From Verrucomicrobiota bacterium (GTDB lineage Bacteria; Verrucomicrobiota; Verrucomicrobiia; Limisphaerales; CANJSG01), in NCBI GenBank assembly GCA_038209745.1, contig JBBQXJ010000036.1, forward strand, positions 1-44,249: a stretch of 44,249 bases of DNA. The letters run 5' to 3'. Positions 17,835-28,612 of the stretch are shown here, one piece after another; position 1 is the first letter of the stretch, and each line of letters starts with the position of its first letter. Both the position numbers and the translations under genes were made by a program. Below the pieces are notes generated by a model that was given only the letters and a program-made list of their open reading frames with translations, had not been told where the DNA came from and did not search any database.

Positions 17835-20356
17835 ACGCAATCCTCGAACCCGTTGCCGTGGAAATGAACCCGTCGCTCCAGCAGGTCGTCGCCTCGGCCT
17901 GCAAACGCATCCCGCCGCTCTGGTCGCTGAAGAATTTCGTGGCGGTGAATCCGTTTGTCGGCCTGAGCGGGCGCCATTTCATCGACGCGGCCAACCTGAT
18001 TCGAAAAGTCGGCCACGGCGACATGCTCATGCCAACGGACTGGTATCGGGAGCAGATCGCCTCCGGGCGGATCCAGGATCAAGACCTTGCGGCCGCCGTC
18101 GAACTGGCGCACCGGACCTTGCCGTCCGGGAACGCCGCGCGCATCAAATTCGCCGATCTGGCCGAATTGAACGACGCGCTGGCGGAGCCAACTCCGACCG
18201 ACGCGACGGAGCGAATTCTGACGTTCGCCGATTTTCTTGATGTGGAGCTCGAAAGCGGTTGGGCGGGGTTCGTGGTGGAGGAGATTTCCAAGTGGTGTTC
18301 GGCCTACTACGACCAGGGCCAGTCGTCCTGGCGGATGCCGTGGCGCGACCGGGAACTGTTTGGCGCCTGGAAGGCGGCGGCGCAACTCGATGCCAACCCC
18401 GAACTCAACGGCCTGAAAAACTTTCGCCAGTTCGTTGCGGAACTGCCGGATGACCCCGCGGAACTGATCGCCCGGGCGCTGGACGCGTTGGGCGTGCCGG
18501 AACCGCTGCGGGAGGATTTTCTTCACCGGCAACTGATGAGCATCTCGGGCTGGAGCAGCTACGCGCAGTTTCTCGTGCGCGAAAAGGGCATGGCCGGACA
18601 AACGGACGACTCGTTGGCGCAACTGCTGGCCATCCGGCTGGCCTATGATCTCGCGCTGCTGAAACAGTTCGGCGACGAACCGACCAGAAGCCAGAGCTGG
18701 GTGAGGCAATTGGCGGCGCTGAAACAAGAGGAGGGCGACTTGCCGTCCGATCTGTTGGCGCGCTATGTCGCCCAGCAGGCGGTGGAATACGGCTATCAGC
18801 GGAAGCTTGCTGCCATGCTGAGATCGAAAGCCGACCGGCCGACAAACATGCCGGGGCAAAAACGGTTGCAGGCGATCTTCTGCATTGATGTCCGGTCGGA
18901 AGTGTTCCGCAGGTCGCTGGAGGCGCAGTCGGAAGCGATTGAGACGATCGGCTTCGCCGGGTTTTTCGGCATGACGATCGAGTATCTCCGCTTCGGCCAG
19001 TCGAAGGGCGCCGCGTGCTGCCCGGTGTTGCTCACGCCCAGGATCAAGGTGCGCGAATCGGTGCGGCATGGCTCGACCGCTGCCGAGGCAAAGCTTTTGC
19101 GGAGGTTGAATTTCCAACAGTCCGTGGCGGGCGCGTGGAATTCGTTCAAGACCTCGGCCATTTCCTGCTTCGCGTTTGTCGAGACCGCCGGGCTGTGGTC
19201 CGGCCTGCGGCTGGCGAAGGATTCGCTCGCCCTGGCCGGACCGGAATCCGCCTTTGCGGCGAGCGGCGGAAGACACGTGCTCGGCCCGCAGATTGAACGC
19301 GAAGTCCGTTGCCGCGACGAGCACGGGCACGATTTGGAAACCGGAATCCTCCTGGTGGACCAGATCGCGCTCGCCGCCGGGGCTTTGAAGAACATGGGGC
19401 TGACGGCGAATTTCGCGCGGATCGTGCTCGTTTGCGGCCACGGCAGCGCCACGACGAACAACCCCTACGGCTCGGCGCTCGACTGTGGTGCGTGCGGTGG
19501 TCATGCGGGCGACGCGAATGCGCGGGTCGCCGCCGCGATTCTGAACAAGCCGGACGTGCGCGACGGATTGAAGCAGCAAGGAATCTTGATCCCCGCCGAA
19601 ACCCGTTTTGTGGCCGGTCTGCACAACACGACCACGGATGAAGTGTTGCTCTACGATGTGGAGTCCGGTCCGACCAGTCAGTTGGCGGAATTGGGACAGA
19701 TCAGAACCTGGTTGTCCGCCGCCTCAAAAAAATCCCGGCGCGAACGGGCAGCCTCACTCGGTCTGGCGGAAGTGAAGGAAGCAGACCTGGACGAAACCGT
19801 TTTCAAGCGCAGCCGGGATTGGGCGCAAGTGAGACCGGAGTGGGGTCTGGCGGGCAACGCCGCCTTCATCGCCGCGCCCCGCGAACGCACGAAAGGTTTG
19901 AACATGGGCGGCAGAACCTTTCTCCACAACTACGACGCGACGCAGGACACGGACAAATCGGTTCTCACCCTCATCATGGTTGCGCCGATGGTCGTGGCCA
20001 GTTGGATCAACCTGCAATACTACGGCTCGACCGTGAACAACCGGCTCTTCGGCAGCGGCAACAAGACGATTCACAACGTGCTCGGCACGTTCGGTGTGTG
20101 GCAGGGCAACGGCGGCGATCTGCAGCCGGGGCTGCCGCTGCAATCCGTCCACGACGGCACCAAATGGCGGCACGAACCGATGCGGCTGAACGTGTTCATC
20201 GAAGCGCCGCGCGAAGCCATCGAGAGCGTGATCGCAAACCAGCCCGGTGTGCGGGAATTGATCCAAAACGGCTGGGTGAACCTGTTTGCGCTGGGTGAGC
20301 CGGGCAAGGGCTCCTGGAGATACTGTGGCGATCGATTTGAGGAAGAACCGGCCTGA
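17831..20356 (+). CDS. dabA: Inorganic carbon transporter subunit DabA/MpsB (DUF2309, beta-carbonic-anhydrase-like)
   Basis: PPLWSLKNFVAVNPF, FCIDVRSE, CGHGS, LDCGACGG (Cys/Asp/His/Cys Zn ligands), VRPEWGLA; ATG 17831 overlaps the dabB TGA (ATGA); 841 aa. Confidence 0.93.
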   Translation: MNAILEPVAVEMNPSLQQVVASACKRIPPLWSLKNFVAVNPFVGLSGRHFIDAANLIRKVGHGDMLMPTDWYREQIASGRIQDQDLAAAVELAHRTLPSGNAARIKFADLAELNDALAEPTPTDATERILTFADFLDVELESGWAGFVVEEISKWCSAYYDQGQSSWRMPWRDRELFGAWKAAAQLDANPELNGLKNFRQFVAELPDDPAELIARALDALGVPEPLREDFLHRQLMSISGWSSYAQFLVREKGMAGQTDDSLAQLLAIRLAYDLALLKQFGDEPTRSQSWVRQLAALKQEEGDLPSDLLARYVAQQAVEYGYQRKLAAMLRSKADRPTNMPGQKRLQAIFCIDVRSEVFRRSLEAQSEAIETIGFAGFFGMTIEYLRFGQSKGAACCPVLLTPRIKVRESVRHGSTAAEAKLLRRLNFQQSVAGAWNSFKTSAISCFAFVETAGLWSGLRLAKDSLALAGPESAFAASGGRHVLGPQIEREVRCRDEHGHDLETGILLVDQIALAAGALKNMGLTANFARIVLVCGHGSATTNNPYGSALDCGACGGHAGDANARVAAAILNKPDVRDGLKQQGILIPAETRFVAGLHNTTTDEVLLYDVESGPTSQLAELGQIRTWLSAASKKSRRERAASLGLAEVKEADLDETVFKRSRDWAQVRPEWGLAGNAAFIAAPRERTKGLNMGGRTFLHNYDATQDTDKSVLTLIMVAPMVVASWINLQYYGSTVNNRLFGSGNKTIHNVLGTFGVWQGNGGDLQPGLPLQSVHDGTKWRHEPMRLNVFIEAPREAIESVIANQPGVRELIQNGWVNLFALGEPGKGSWRYCGDRFEEEPA

Positions 20357-20441
20357 GCCGGATCCGCGAAAAAAGATTCCCTATCGGCAGCTCCGCTTCC
20401 TCCAAAAAGGCCGGCAGGTCGCATATGAAAACAGCGCACCG

Positions 20442-20489
20442 AACCGCCTCGCCTGACCGCTACAGAGAACGCCTTTTGCAGATGGGATC
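20442..20489 (+). mobile_element. IS5-family right-end remnant related to 14749-15194
   Basis: AACCGCCTCGCCTGA (NRLA*) versus AACCGACTCTCCTGA (NRLS*), 13/15. 16 nt later CTTTTGCAGATGGGATC matches the left IR 14/17 as reverse complement and is followed by TCA. Confidence 0.65.
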
Positions 20490-21476
<987 letters not shown>

Positions 21477-21557
21477 GGCGCGACGCTGTCGGACGGGATT
21501 CGTCGGTGCAAGTTCGGTCGCCGCTTCAAAGGCGCTTCTTAGTCGGAACCATTCCTT

Positions 21558-21726
21558 GGAACAGGAGATGGCGGAGAGGGCGGAGAGAGCGGAGCGGGAA
21601 ACAAAAGCGATCCGTGGATCATTCCGGGGACGAAGCGCGGCCACCCTTGGGTGAAGGCCGATCCGGCCATCCGAACGTCTCGCCTTCACGTCCTTTTTTC
21701 CTGCGGCCTCCGCTCGCTCCTGTTCC
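21558..21726. repeat. Inverted array of degenerate 9-mers (hairpin element)
   Basis: GGAACAGGAGATG-GCGGAGAGG-GCGGAGAGA-GCGGAG pairs with CTGCGGCCTCCGCTCGCTCCTGTTCC (21701-21726); inner GTGAAGGC/GCCTTCAC stem. Confidence 0.7.
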
Positions 21727-21839
21727 TTGTGCCTCGTTCCGGCTTAGTTCGGCTGCGGACGGAAGAGGTGTCGGGGCGCGGTCACAAAAAAGCCCACGAC
21801 CTTGATCGTGGGCTCTTCGGGACGAAGGCAAGGCCCGGA

Positions 21840-22994
21840 CTACTGCGCTGCCGGTGGAGCCGCCTTCTTCTCCTGCACAAGATCGTGGCGGGGTTTGACC
21901 AGCGCTTCGACGGTCCACTTGGAGACGAGGAAGGTTCGCCCGGCGAAGGCCTTCTCCTTCTTCAGCTTTTCGTTCAGCTTCGCCAATTGGTCGGCGAATT
22001 CTTTGTCGAGCTTGGTCTTATCCTCGGGCTTCTCGTCCGTTCCTGCCGTGCGCGATTGGGCAAAGGCTCCTTCCACCGTCACGGTCAGGGGATAGTCGTC
22101 ACCCAACAGCTTGCCGATCTGCAGTTCGTAGGTGAACCCGTCAAAGGTGGTGAAGCCGACCTTGGTCGGGTCTGCCAGACCGGCTTCCGCCGTCGATTTG
22201 CCGGCGAGCACGTCGTTGAAGGTTGCTCCGCCAAAGGAGCCGGTCACGCCTCCGACTTTGTTTTTGTCCAATGCTTCGTCGGCCGTGGCGTTTACCAGGG
22301 TCCAGGAATTGGTCTCCGCATCGCGGCTGAGCGTCCAGGAATTCGTCGCTTCCGGCGCGGTCAAGGCGATGGACCTGATCTTCTCTATCTTGACGAAGTC
22401 CTTGTTGATCCAGCGAGCGGGTGCCGGTTCCAAGCTGGCCAGAGTGTCGGACACGACGGACACCTTGTCTCCAGCGGGCAGGGGCAGCACATAGCGGCCA
22501 ACGGGATATCCGTCCGGACCGCCGTAGGGAGAGGGCTGCCCTCCTTGTTTCATGACCATCTTGCCGAGGAGGAGGGTCTTGAGCGGCTTGCCCGCAGCGT
22601 CCAGCAGTTCGACCTTCGTTCCCGAATTGGTGCCCGAAGAGGGCTCGGTCAATTCCAGACGAGGACGCTGGCTTGCGCCCACCTCGGTCGTTTGGACGAC
22701 CTTCACTTCGGCGAGTTTCCGGATGGAGTCGCGGATCTCGTCGAAATTGGCCGGGTAGTCGCCGCGTTCCTTCACCACCCATCCGGAGTCGGTCCTGACC
22801 AGCGTGACCGAGTTGGTGGATTGGGCGATGGACAGGCGGGCCACGGAGTTGACATCGAAGTCGCCGAGAACCTTTTGGCCTACGCCGGCGCCCGATTGCT
22901 TCCAGGAGCTTTGGTTCCGCTGGAACAGGACCAAGGCGCCTCCGCCGAGAACGACGAGGAGGACGACGAGAAGAATGAATTGCTGGCGTTTCAT
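21840..22994 (-). CDS. DUF4340 domain protein (accessory to Gld-like ABC system)
   Basis: Single N-terminal TM, GWVVKERGDYPAN, internally repeated periplasmic domain, operon position after GldG-like gene. Confidence 0.78.
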   Translation of the reverse strand: MKRQQFILLVVLLVVLGGGALVLFQRNQSSWKQSGAGVGQKVLGDFDVNSVARLSIAQSTNSVTLVRTDSGWVVKERGDYPANFDEIRDSIRKLAEVKVVQTTEVGASQRPRLELTEPSSGTNSGTKVELLDAAGKPLKTLLLGKMVMKQGGQPSPYGGPDGYPVGRYVLPLPAGDKVSVVSDTLASLEPAPARWINKDFVKIEKIRSIALTAPEATNSWTLSRDAETNSWTLVNATADEALDKNKVGGVTGSFGGATFNDVLAGKSTAEAGLADPTKVGFTTFDGFTYELQIGKLLGDDYPLTVTVEGAFAQSRTAGTDEKPEDKTKLDKEFADQLAKLNEKLKKEKAFAGRTFLVSKWTVEALVKPRHDLVQEKKAAPPAAQ

Positions 22995-24868
22995 TATTTC
23001 GCGGCGGTGCGTTTGCGTTTGAAGACGGCGATCGTGATGCCGCAGAGGGCGACGGCGGCGGGCATGGCGAGGAGGTTGATCGCCTTGAGGCGGTTCTGGA
23101 GGGAGTCGATTTCCTGGCGGAACTCCTTGCGGATCTGCTTCAGGTGTTTGCTGGTCTCGACCTGTTGTTTGCGGAAGTTCTCGATCTCCTTCTGCTGTTC
23201 GGGCGGAAGGATGACCTGCTGGCCGGTGCCGCCCTTTTGCTGCACGAGTTCGGTCAGCTTGCGTTCGATCTCCTGCTGGCTGTCGGTGAGGGCCTTGATC
23301 TTGCCGCGATATTCCTCCTGGGCGGCCGCCTCCATCTTTTGCACCAGCGTGAAGGGCCGGTTCACCGTCGCACGGCTGCGGACGGAGATCAGGTTGCTAT
23401 CGCCCGACAGTTTCTCCACCAGACTCTGCACGAAGGCGAGGTTCCCGAACCGGGGAGTGATGACCTTCTGTCCGAAGAAATTTTGCACTTGGGCCACGAT
23501 CTGGTCGTTGAGCATGTCGGTGTCCGCCACGAGGACGACCTGGGTCTCGGACTTCGATTCCTTGAGGGATTCGGCCGATGGCGCCGGGGCGTTGGTCTCG
23601 CCCTTGGCCGCCGGCCTGCCATTGGGGAACGCGGTCTTGAATTTGCCGCTGAGCTGGACCGCGAGCGCGTAGTCGACTCCGGAAGGCTTGAAATCCTTCA
23701 CCGCGTTTTCACCGCCCATCGCCGCCATGAAACCATCCACGAGCTGCGACGTGGTGGAGCTCTTGATCAAGACCGTTTCGGTCAGTCCGTCCACCGGTTT
23801 TCCCGTGATGGCGCCAGCCAGAAGCATGACGAGATCGTCGATCTGGGAGGTGACCACGTCGCCCTTGTTCATCGCGTCGGCGGTCAACCGCAGCACGGTG
23901 GGCGCATCGCCGCTCTGGTTCTGCGTCTTGTAGGTCATGTCGGCGACGACCTTGCCGCCGTCCATCGCCAAGCCCCACGCCTTCATCAACGTGTCGAGCG
24001 ACGACTTCCCGCCGGGCATGTTGCCGAACATCGGGTTCTGTTGCGCCTGCGACTTGTCGAAGACCGGGGCGGGATCGATGAAGGCGATGAGTTTCCCACC
24101 GCGCATCAGGAACTGGTCGATGGCGTATTCCGTCGTCTCGGAGATGTCCTTGGGATGGTCGACTAGCAGCAGGTTGATGCTGTCGTCGATCTTGTCGGTG
24201 GTCATCTCCACCTGTTTCACGTTGAAGGCCTGTTTCAATTCACCGAGGAAGATCGCCGGTTCCTGGGGGGGGCCGCCCCGCATCGCCACCATCGGATCGG
24301 TCCCGCCGAAGATGGGCAGCGCGCTCATGACGCCGATGACCGGCTTGGTCGGATTCATCACGAGACTGACGGCGCGGCTGAGCTCGTATTCCAGAAGCCG
24401 CTCGTGGTCCAAGGCCAGGGGCACGACGACCTTTTGGTCGAGCAGGCTCAGGACAAGGCCGAAGTAGATCGAGCCACCGTTCTGGAGCATCTGGGGCTCA
24501 AGGCCGTCCAGCCGGGCGGAATCCTCCGCGTCGGAATCGGGTTCCGGATCAAGCTTCGTGATCTGGATCTTGCCGCCGGAGACCTGGCGATATTCTTCGA
24601 GCAAATCCTGGACGCGGCCGGCGTAGTCCTTCAGCACGACCGGCATGTCCTTCTCCTTGAGGGAGGCGTAGAGCCGGGCCTGCACCGGGGTGTCGAGTTT
24701 CTTGAGGATGGCGCGGGTGCCGGCCGAGAGGGTGAACGACTTGTCGGCGGTGAAATCGAGGCGGAACTTCGCCTTGGTGCCGATGAAGTTCGCCGCGACC
24801 AGCACGACCAGCAGGATGACCACGCCACCAGTCGAGCAGAGAACGGTTTCGAGACGTTTGTTTTTCAT
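22994..24868 (-). CDS. GldG-like ABC auxiliary component
   Basis: RLDFTADKSFTLS.GT, AIDQFLMRGGK, N- and C-terminal TM helices, coiled coil. Confidence 0.85.
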   Translation of the reverse strand: MKNKRLETVLCSTGGVVILLVVLVAANFIGTKAKFRLDFTADKSFTLSAGTRAILKKLDTPVQARLYASLKEKDMPVVLKDYAGRVQDLLEEYRQVSGGKIQITKLDPEPDSDAEDSARLDGLEPQMLQNGGSIYFGLVLSLLDQKVVVPLALDHERLLEYELSRAVSLVMNPTKPVIGVMSALPIFGGTDPMVAMRGGPPQEPAIFLGELKQAFNVKQVEMTTDKIDDSINLLLVDHPKDISETTEYAIDQFLMRGGKLIAFIDPAPVFDKSQAQQNPMFGNMPGGKSSLDTLMKAWGLAMDGGKVVADMTYKTQNQSGDAPTVLRLTADAMNKGDVVTSQIDDLVMLLAGAITGKPVDGLTETVLIKSSTTSQLVDGFMAAMGGENAVKDFKPSGVDYALAVQLSGKFKTAFPNGRPAAKGETNAPAPSAESLKESKSETQVVLVADTDMLNDQIVAQVQNFFGQKVITPRFGNLAFVQSLVEKLSGDSNLISVRSRATVNRPFTLVQKMEAAAQEEYRGKIKALTDSQQEIERKLTELVQQKGGTGQQVILPPEQQKEIENFRKQQVETSKHLKQIRKEFRQEIDSLQNRLKAINLLAMPAAVALCGITIAVFKRKRTAAK

Positions 24869-24881
24869 CGCTGGAGAAAAC

Positions 24882-25625
24882 TTAGCCGGCGCGCTGGCTG
24901 CGGAGGACGACGCCGGTGGTGAAGAGCGAGAAGCCGATCACGGAAAGGAAGAAGAGCAGATCACGGCTGTCGATCACGCCGCGTTGCGCGTTCTGGAAAT
25001 GGGTCAGGCTGCTCAATCCGCTGACGAGGTTTGCAAGGCCGCTTCCGAGATGCTCGGCGACGAAACGGGGCACCGGCTCGAAGCCGCACAGGACGGAGGC
25101 CAGACAGAGGCTCACGGCCGAGACGAGGCTGATGACCTGGTTGCGGGTCATCGCCGAGGTCATCGACGTGATCGCGAGATAGGAGCCCGCCATGAGCCAG
25201 TTGCCGACGTAGCCGCAGAAGACGGCGCCGTTGTCGGGATGGCCGAGGTAGTTGATCGTGATCCAGGCTGGAAAGGTCATGGCCAGGGCGATGCCAATGA
25301 AGATCCAGGACGCGAGGAACTTCGCCACGATGGCCTGCCACGCCGTGATGGGCAGAGTCAGCAACAGTTCCAGCGTGCCGAGACGGTGCTCTTCGGACCA
25401 GAGCCTCATGCCGATGGCGGGAACGAGCAGCAGCATCAGCCACGGCTGGAACGTGAAGAACGGTTCCAGATTGGCCTGCCCGCGCTCGAGCAGTCCGGCG
25501 AAGAGGAAGGGGAGGCCGGCGGAGACCAGCAGAAACACGATCAACACCACGTAGGCCACGGGCGACGTGAAGTAGGCCGTGAGTTCCCGCTTGGTGATCG
25601 TCTTGATGTGGGACCAGGAGTTCAT
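24882..25625 (-). CDS. ABC-2 permease (GldF-like)
   Basis: KRELTAYFTSPVAY, MRLWSEEHRLGTLELLLTLP; real start 25625 overlaps the upstream stop. Confidence 0.9.
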   Translation of the reverse strand: MNSWSHIKTITKRELTAYFTSPVAYVVLIVFLLVSAGLPFLFAGLLERGQANLEPFFTFQPWLMLLLVPAIGMRLWSEEHRLGTLELLLTLPITAWQAIVAKFLASWIFIGIALAMTFPAWITINYLGHPDNGAVFCGYVGNWLMAGSYLAITSMTSAMTRNQVISLVSAVSLCLASVLCGFEPVPRFVAEHLGSGLANLVSGLSSLTHFQNAQRGVIDSRDLLFFLSVIGFSLFTTGVVLRSQRAG

Positions 25626-26578
25626 TTCGACGTGTCGGAAAGGGTGACGTTGCGGAAGACCTCGTCCAGCCGACCTTCGTCGGTGTGCAGCTCTTCGAGC
25701 TTCCAGTTTTCGGCTTTGGCCAACGCGGCGACCGAGGCGGCCAGATCGCCCTTCGCGGCGGTCTTGGTCGGCACCAGACGGAAGGACGCTTTGCCGGTGG
25801 AGGCGCTTTCGAGGGTCAGGACCTGTTTGGCCAAGGGCAGGGAACCCAGCCGGCCAGTGAGGTTGCCAAGGCCGTCGCCGGACAGCCGCACCAACACGGT
25901 GCCGGCGGTGGCCGAGCGGGCCTTGAGCTCTTCCGGAGTGCCGTTGGCCACGATGCTGCCGCGGTCGATGATGATCGCCCGGGAGCAGGCCGCGTCGACT
26001 TCTTCCAGAATGTGGGTCGAGAAGATGATCGCCTTGGTCCGGCCCATTTCTTTGATCAGGCCGCGCACCTCGTGCTTCTGGTTCGGGTCCAACCCGTCGG
26101 TGGGCTCGTCCATGACCAGCACCTCGGGGTCGTGCAGGATGGACTGGGCGAAACAGAGGCGGTGACGGAATCCTTTGGACAAGGTCTCCACCGACTGGTG
26201 GACGACGGCTTCGATGAAACACGTCGCGATGACCTTGTTCACGGCGCGCTTGCGGGCGTCGCCCGTCAGACCGCGGAGTTCCGCGATGAAATGGAGGAAT
26301 CCATGCACCGTCATGTCGGTGTAGGAGGGGGCGCTTTCAGGCAGATAGCCGAAGAGCCGGCGGGCTGCGATGGCATCGTCCACGATATCGTGGCCACCGA
26401 TGCTCACCGTGCCGCTCGTGGGCGGGATGAATCCGGTGATCATCCGCATGGTGGTCGACTTGCCCGCGCCGTTGGGGCCGAGGAAGCCGAGCACCTCGCC
26501 CTTTTCGACCGTGAACGAAAGGTTGTTCACGGCTCTCTTCGGACCAAACGCCTTGGTCAGGTTCTGGACTCGAATCAT
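25622..26578 (-). CDS. ABC transporter ATP-binding protein (GldA-like)
   Basis: GPNGAGKST, LSKGFRHR, MDEPTDGLDPNQ and STHIL motifs; start taken at MIRVQNL. Confidence 0.92.
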   Translation of the reverse strand: MIRVQNLTKAFGPKRAVNNLSFTVEKGEVLGFLGPNGAGKSTTMRMITGFIPPTSGTVSIGGHDIVDDAIAARRLFGYLPESAPSYTDMTVHGFLHFIAELRGLTGDARKRAVNKVIATCFIEAVVHQSVETLSKGFRHRLCFAQSILHDPEVLVMDEPTDGLDPNQKHEVRGLIKEMGRTKAIIFSTHILEEVDAACSRAIIIDRGSIVANGTPEELKARSATAGTVLVRLSGDGLGNLTGRLGSLPLAKQVLTLESASTGKASFRLVPTKTAAKGDLAASVAALAKAENWKLEELHTDEGRLDEVFRNVTLSDTSK

Positions 26579-26881
26579 GTGTTTTTGTCGGGGCCGGAGT
26601 TCTACACCCTCTGTCAAGGGGCACGTGCTATCCGACATTGGGTTGGATCCAATGTTCAAACTCCAAACGACAAAATCTACGCCTGACTGGTCTTTCCGAG
26701 ACAACGGCCCTTAGGTTTTGGGCTGGCACGGCCCGGTTGCCTGAACCGTGAAGAGGCGAGAAGCAAGGCGCAGCTCCTATCGCGGACGGATCTCAGCTCT
26801 CTGACGTCCGTGTGTTGGACGGTTCTTCGTCGTCGCGGGAAATCGTTTGCCCGCCGCAGCGAAGCCGCGTAGGGACACGCG

Positions 26882-28138
26882 ATGACTTTTGACACTCCCG
26901 GGCCCCGACCCCGCACGACGCCCCGGCCCGCCGTGCCGAATCCGCCGCGCCCCAAGGGTCCGCCCACCGGCGTGACTTGGCGCACTCCGTGGGTCCAGCT
27001 GAAGACCTTCAGCTACCACCCCACGATCTACCCGGCGATGATCCGCGCCGCCTCCACCGACGCGCGCGCCGGGTCGCTGGTCAACATCTACAACAAGGAG
27101 AGCGAACCCTTCGGCATCGGTCTCTACAACCCCAAGGCCCGCGTTCCGCTGCGCGTCTACCAGCACGGCGACGCCGAAGCGTCGGAGACGTTGTTCGACA
27201 CCTTGCTGGACCGCGCCATCGCGCTGAGGCTCGATGTTTTGAAGCTCCCGGCCGTCTCCGATGCTTTCCGCGTGGTCCATTCGGACGGCGACAGTCTGAG
27301 CGGGCTCATCATCGACAAGTTCGGGGACGTACTTTCCGTCCAGATCCACAGCTTGGGCATCTTCCAGCGTCTTGCCGGTTGGCTGCCGCGGCTCCATGAG
27401 CGTCTCGGCACCAAACGCTTCGTGCTCGAGGTGGACGATTTCATCGCCAAGATGGAAGGGATCCAGACACGCAAGCTGCCGACCGACGAAGTCCGTGCGG
27501 TGAAGATCAACGAGCACGGCGTCCGCTACGAAGTGGACTTTGCCGAAGGCCATAAAACGGGGTTCTTCTGTGATCAACGGGACAATCGTCGCCGTCTCGC
27601 TGAACTCGTCTCGGGCCGCCGGGTGTTGGATCTCTGCTGCTACACCGGTGGTTTCGCGCTGAACGCCAAGGTCACCGGCAAAGCGTCGGAAGTGACCGGG
27701 GTCGATCTCGATGAAAAGGCCATTGCCCAGGCCAAGCGCAACGCCAACCTCAACATGACCCGCGTCGACTGGGTGCATTGCGACGCCTTCTCCTATGCCC
27801 GCCAGATGCAGCAGAACGGCCAGCGTTGGGACGTGGTGGTGCTGGATCCGCCCAAGCTGATCTTCAGCCGCGAGGAGGCCTACGAAGGGATCCGGAAATA
27901 CGAGGATCTGAACACGCTGGCCGTGTCGCTGGTGGAACCGGGCGGGCTCTTCGTCACCTGTTCCTGCTCGGGCCTGCTTTCGGCGGAGGAGTTTGAACGG
28001 GCCGTGATCAAGGGCGCACATCGCCTGGGCCGGAAGCTTCAGATCCTCGATCGCACTGGGGCCGGCGCCGATCATCCCGTGCTGTCGAGCTGTCCGGAGA
28101 GCCTCTATCTGAAGCTGATCTGGGCGCGGGTCTTCTGA
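26882..28138 (+). CDS. RlmI-like class I SAM-dependent rRNA m5C methyltransferase
   Basis: PUA-like N-terminus, GHKTGFFCDQRDNR, VLDLCCYTGGF, VVLDPP, TCSCS. Confidence 0.88.
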   Translation: MTFDTPGPRPRTTPRPAVPNPPRPKGPPTGVTWRTPWVQLKTFSYHPTIYPAMIRAASTDARAGSLVNIYNKESEPFGIGLYNPKARVPLRVYQHGDAEASETLFDTLLDRAIALRLDVLKLPAVSDAFRVVHSDGDSLSGLIIDKFGDVLSVQIHSLGIFQRLAGWLPRLHERLGTKRFVLEVDDFIAKMEGIQTRKLPTDEVRAVKINEHGVRYEVDFAEGHKTGFFCDQRDNRRRLAELVSGRRVLDLCCYTGGFALNAKVTGKASEVTGVDLDEKAIAQAKRNANLNMTRVDWVHCDAFSYARQMQQNGQRWDVVVLDPPKLIFSREEAYEGIRKYEDLNTLAVSLVEPGGLFVTCSCSGLLSAEEFERAVIKGAHRLGRKLQILDRTGAGADHPVLSSCPESLYLKLIWARVF

Positions 28139-28612
28139 ACCTGGCCGATCACGTTCACGTCAGATTTTCGATGGCGATAGCGCGGAAGATAGGAGTGCCG
28201 TCGATCAACGGTCGGGCCGTGCCAGACGTCGGAATTTTTGGGCAATAGCCGGTCCGCGTCAGAGCGGGTTGGGCGTGGGTCACAGAAAGGTCGAGGCCGC
28301 ACATTGCGTCGATCACGCCTCTTTTTCCTCGGGGCGATCCGGGGCGGATTCCATGTTCCAAGTTGAGGAAAGTGTCCTTCGCCATCCGCACTTTCTGGCG
28401 TCTGGAAAGGACCATCAAGCGGGACTGGGGCCGGGCGCAGCCGGAGACCGCGCTTTCTTCTGGGCGATCTTGGAGACCTTGGACGGACTTTTGATTTCTG
28501 CGTGGCCGCAGTGTCACCCTGGAACCGCCTCGGCCTCTCTGCCGTTCCCCGCCTTTACAGGTTAGTGGGAATTTTGTGCACCCTGTCCGCAGGGGCTTCC
28601 CCTGGGATCGAA

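Noticed and set aside
21840..26578. GldA/F/G-like operon as evidence of gliding motility
   Set aside because: This ABC module is widespread outside gliding bacteria; no motor genes are present.
26723..28225. 13-bp inverted repeat CTGGCACGGCCCG flanking the RlmI-like gene; sigma54-like TGGCACG
   Set aside because: A 13-mer GC-rich match is expected by chance in 44 kb, and the GG-to-GC spacing at 26724 is 2 nt too long for a sigma54 promoter.
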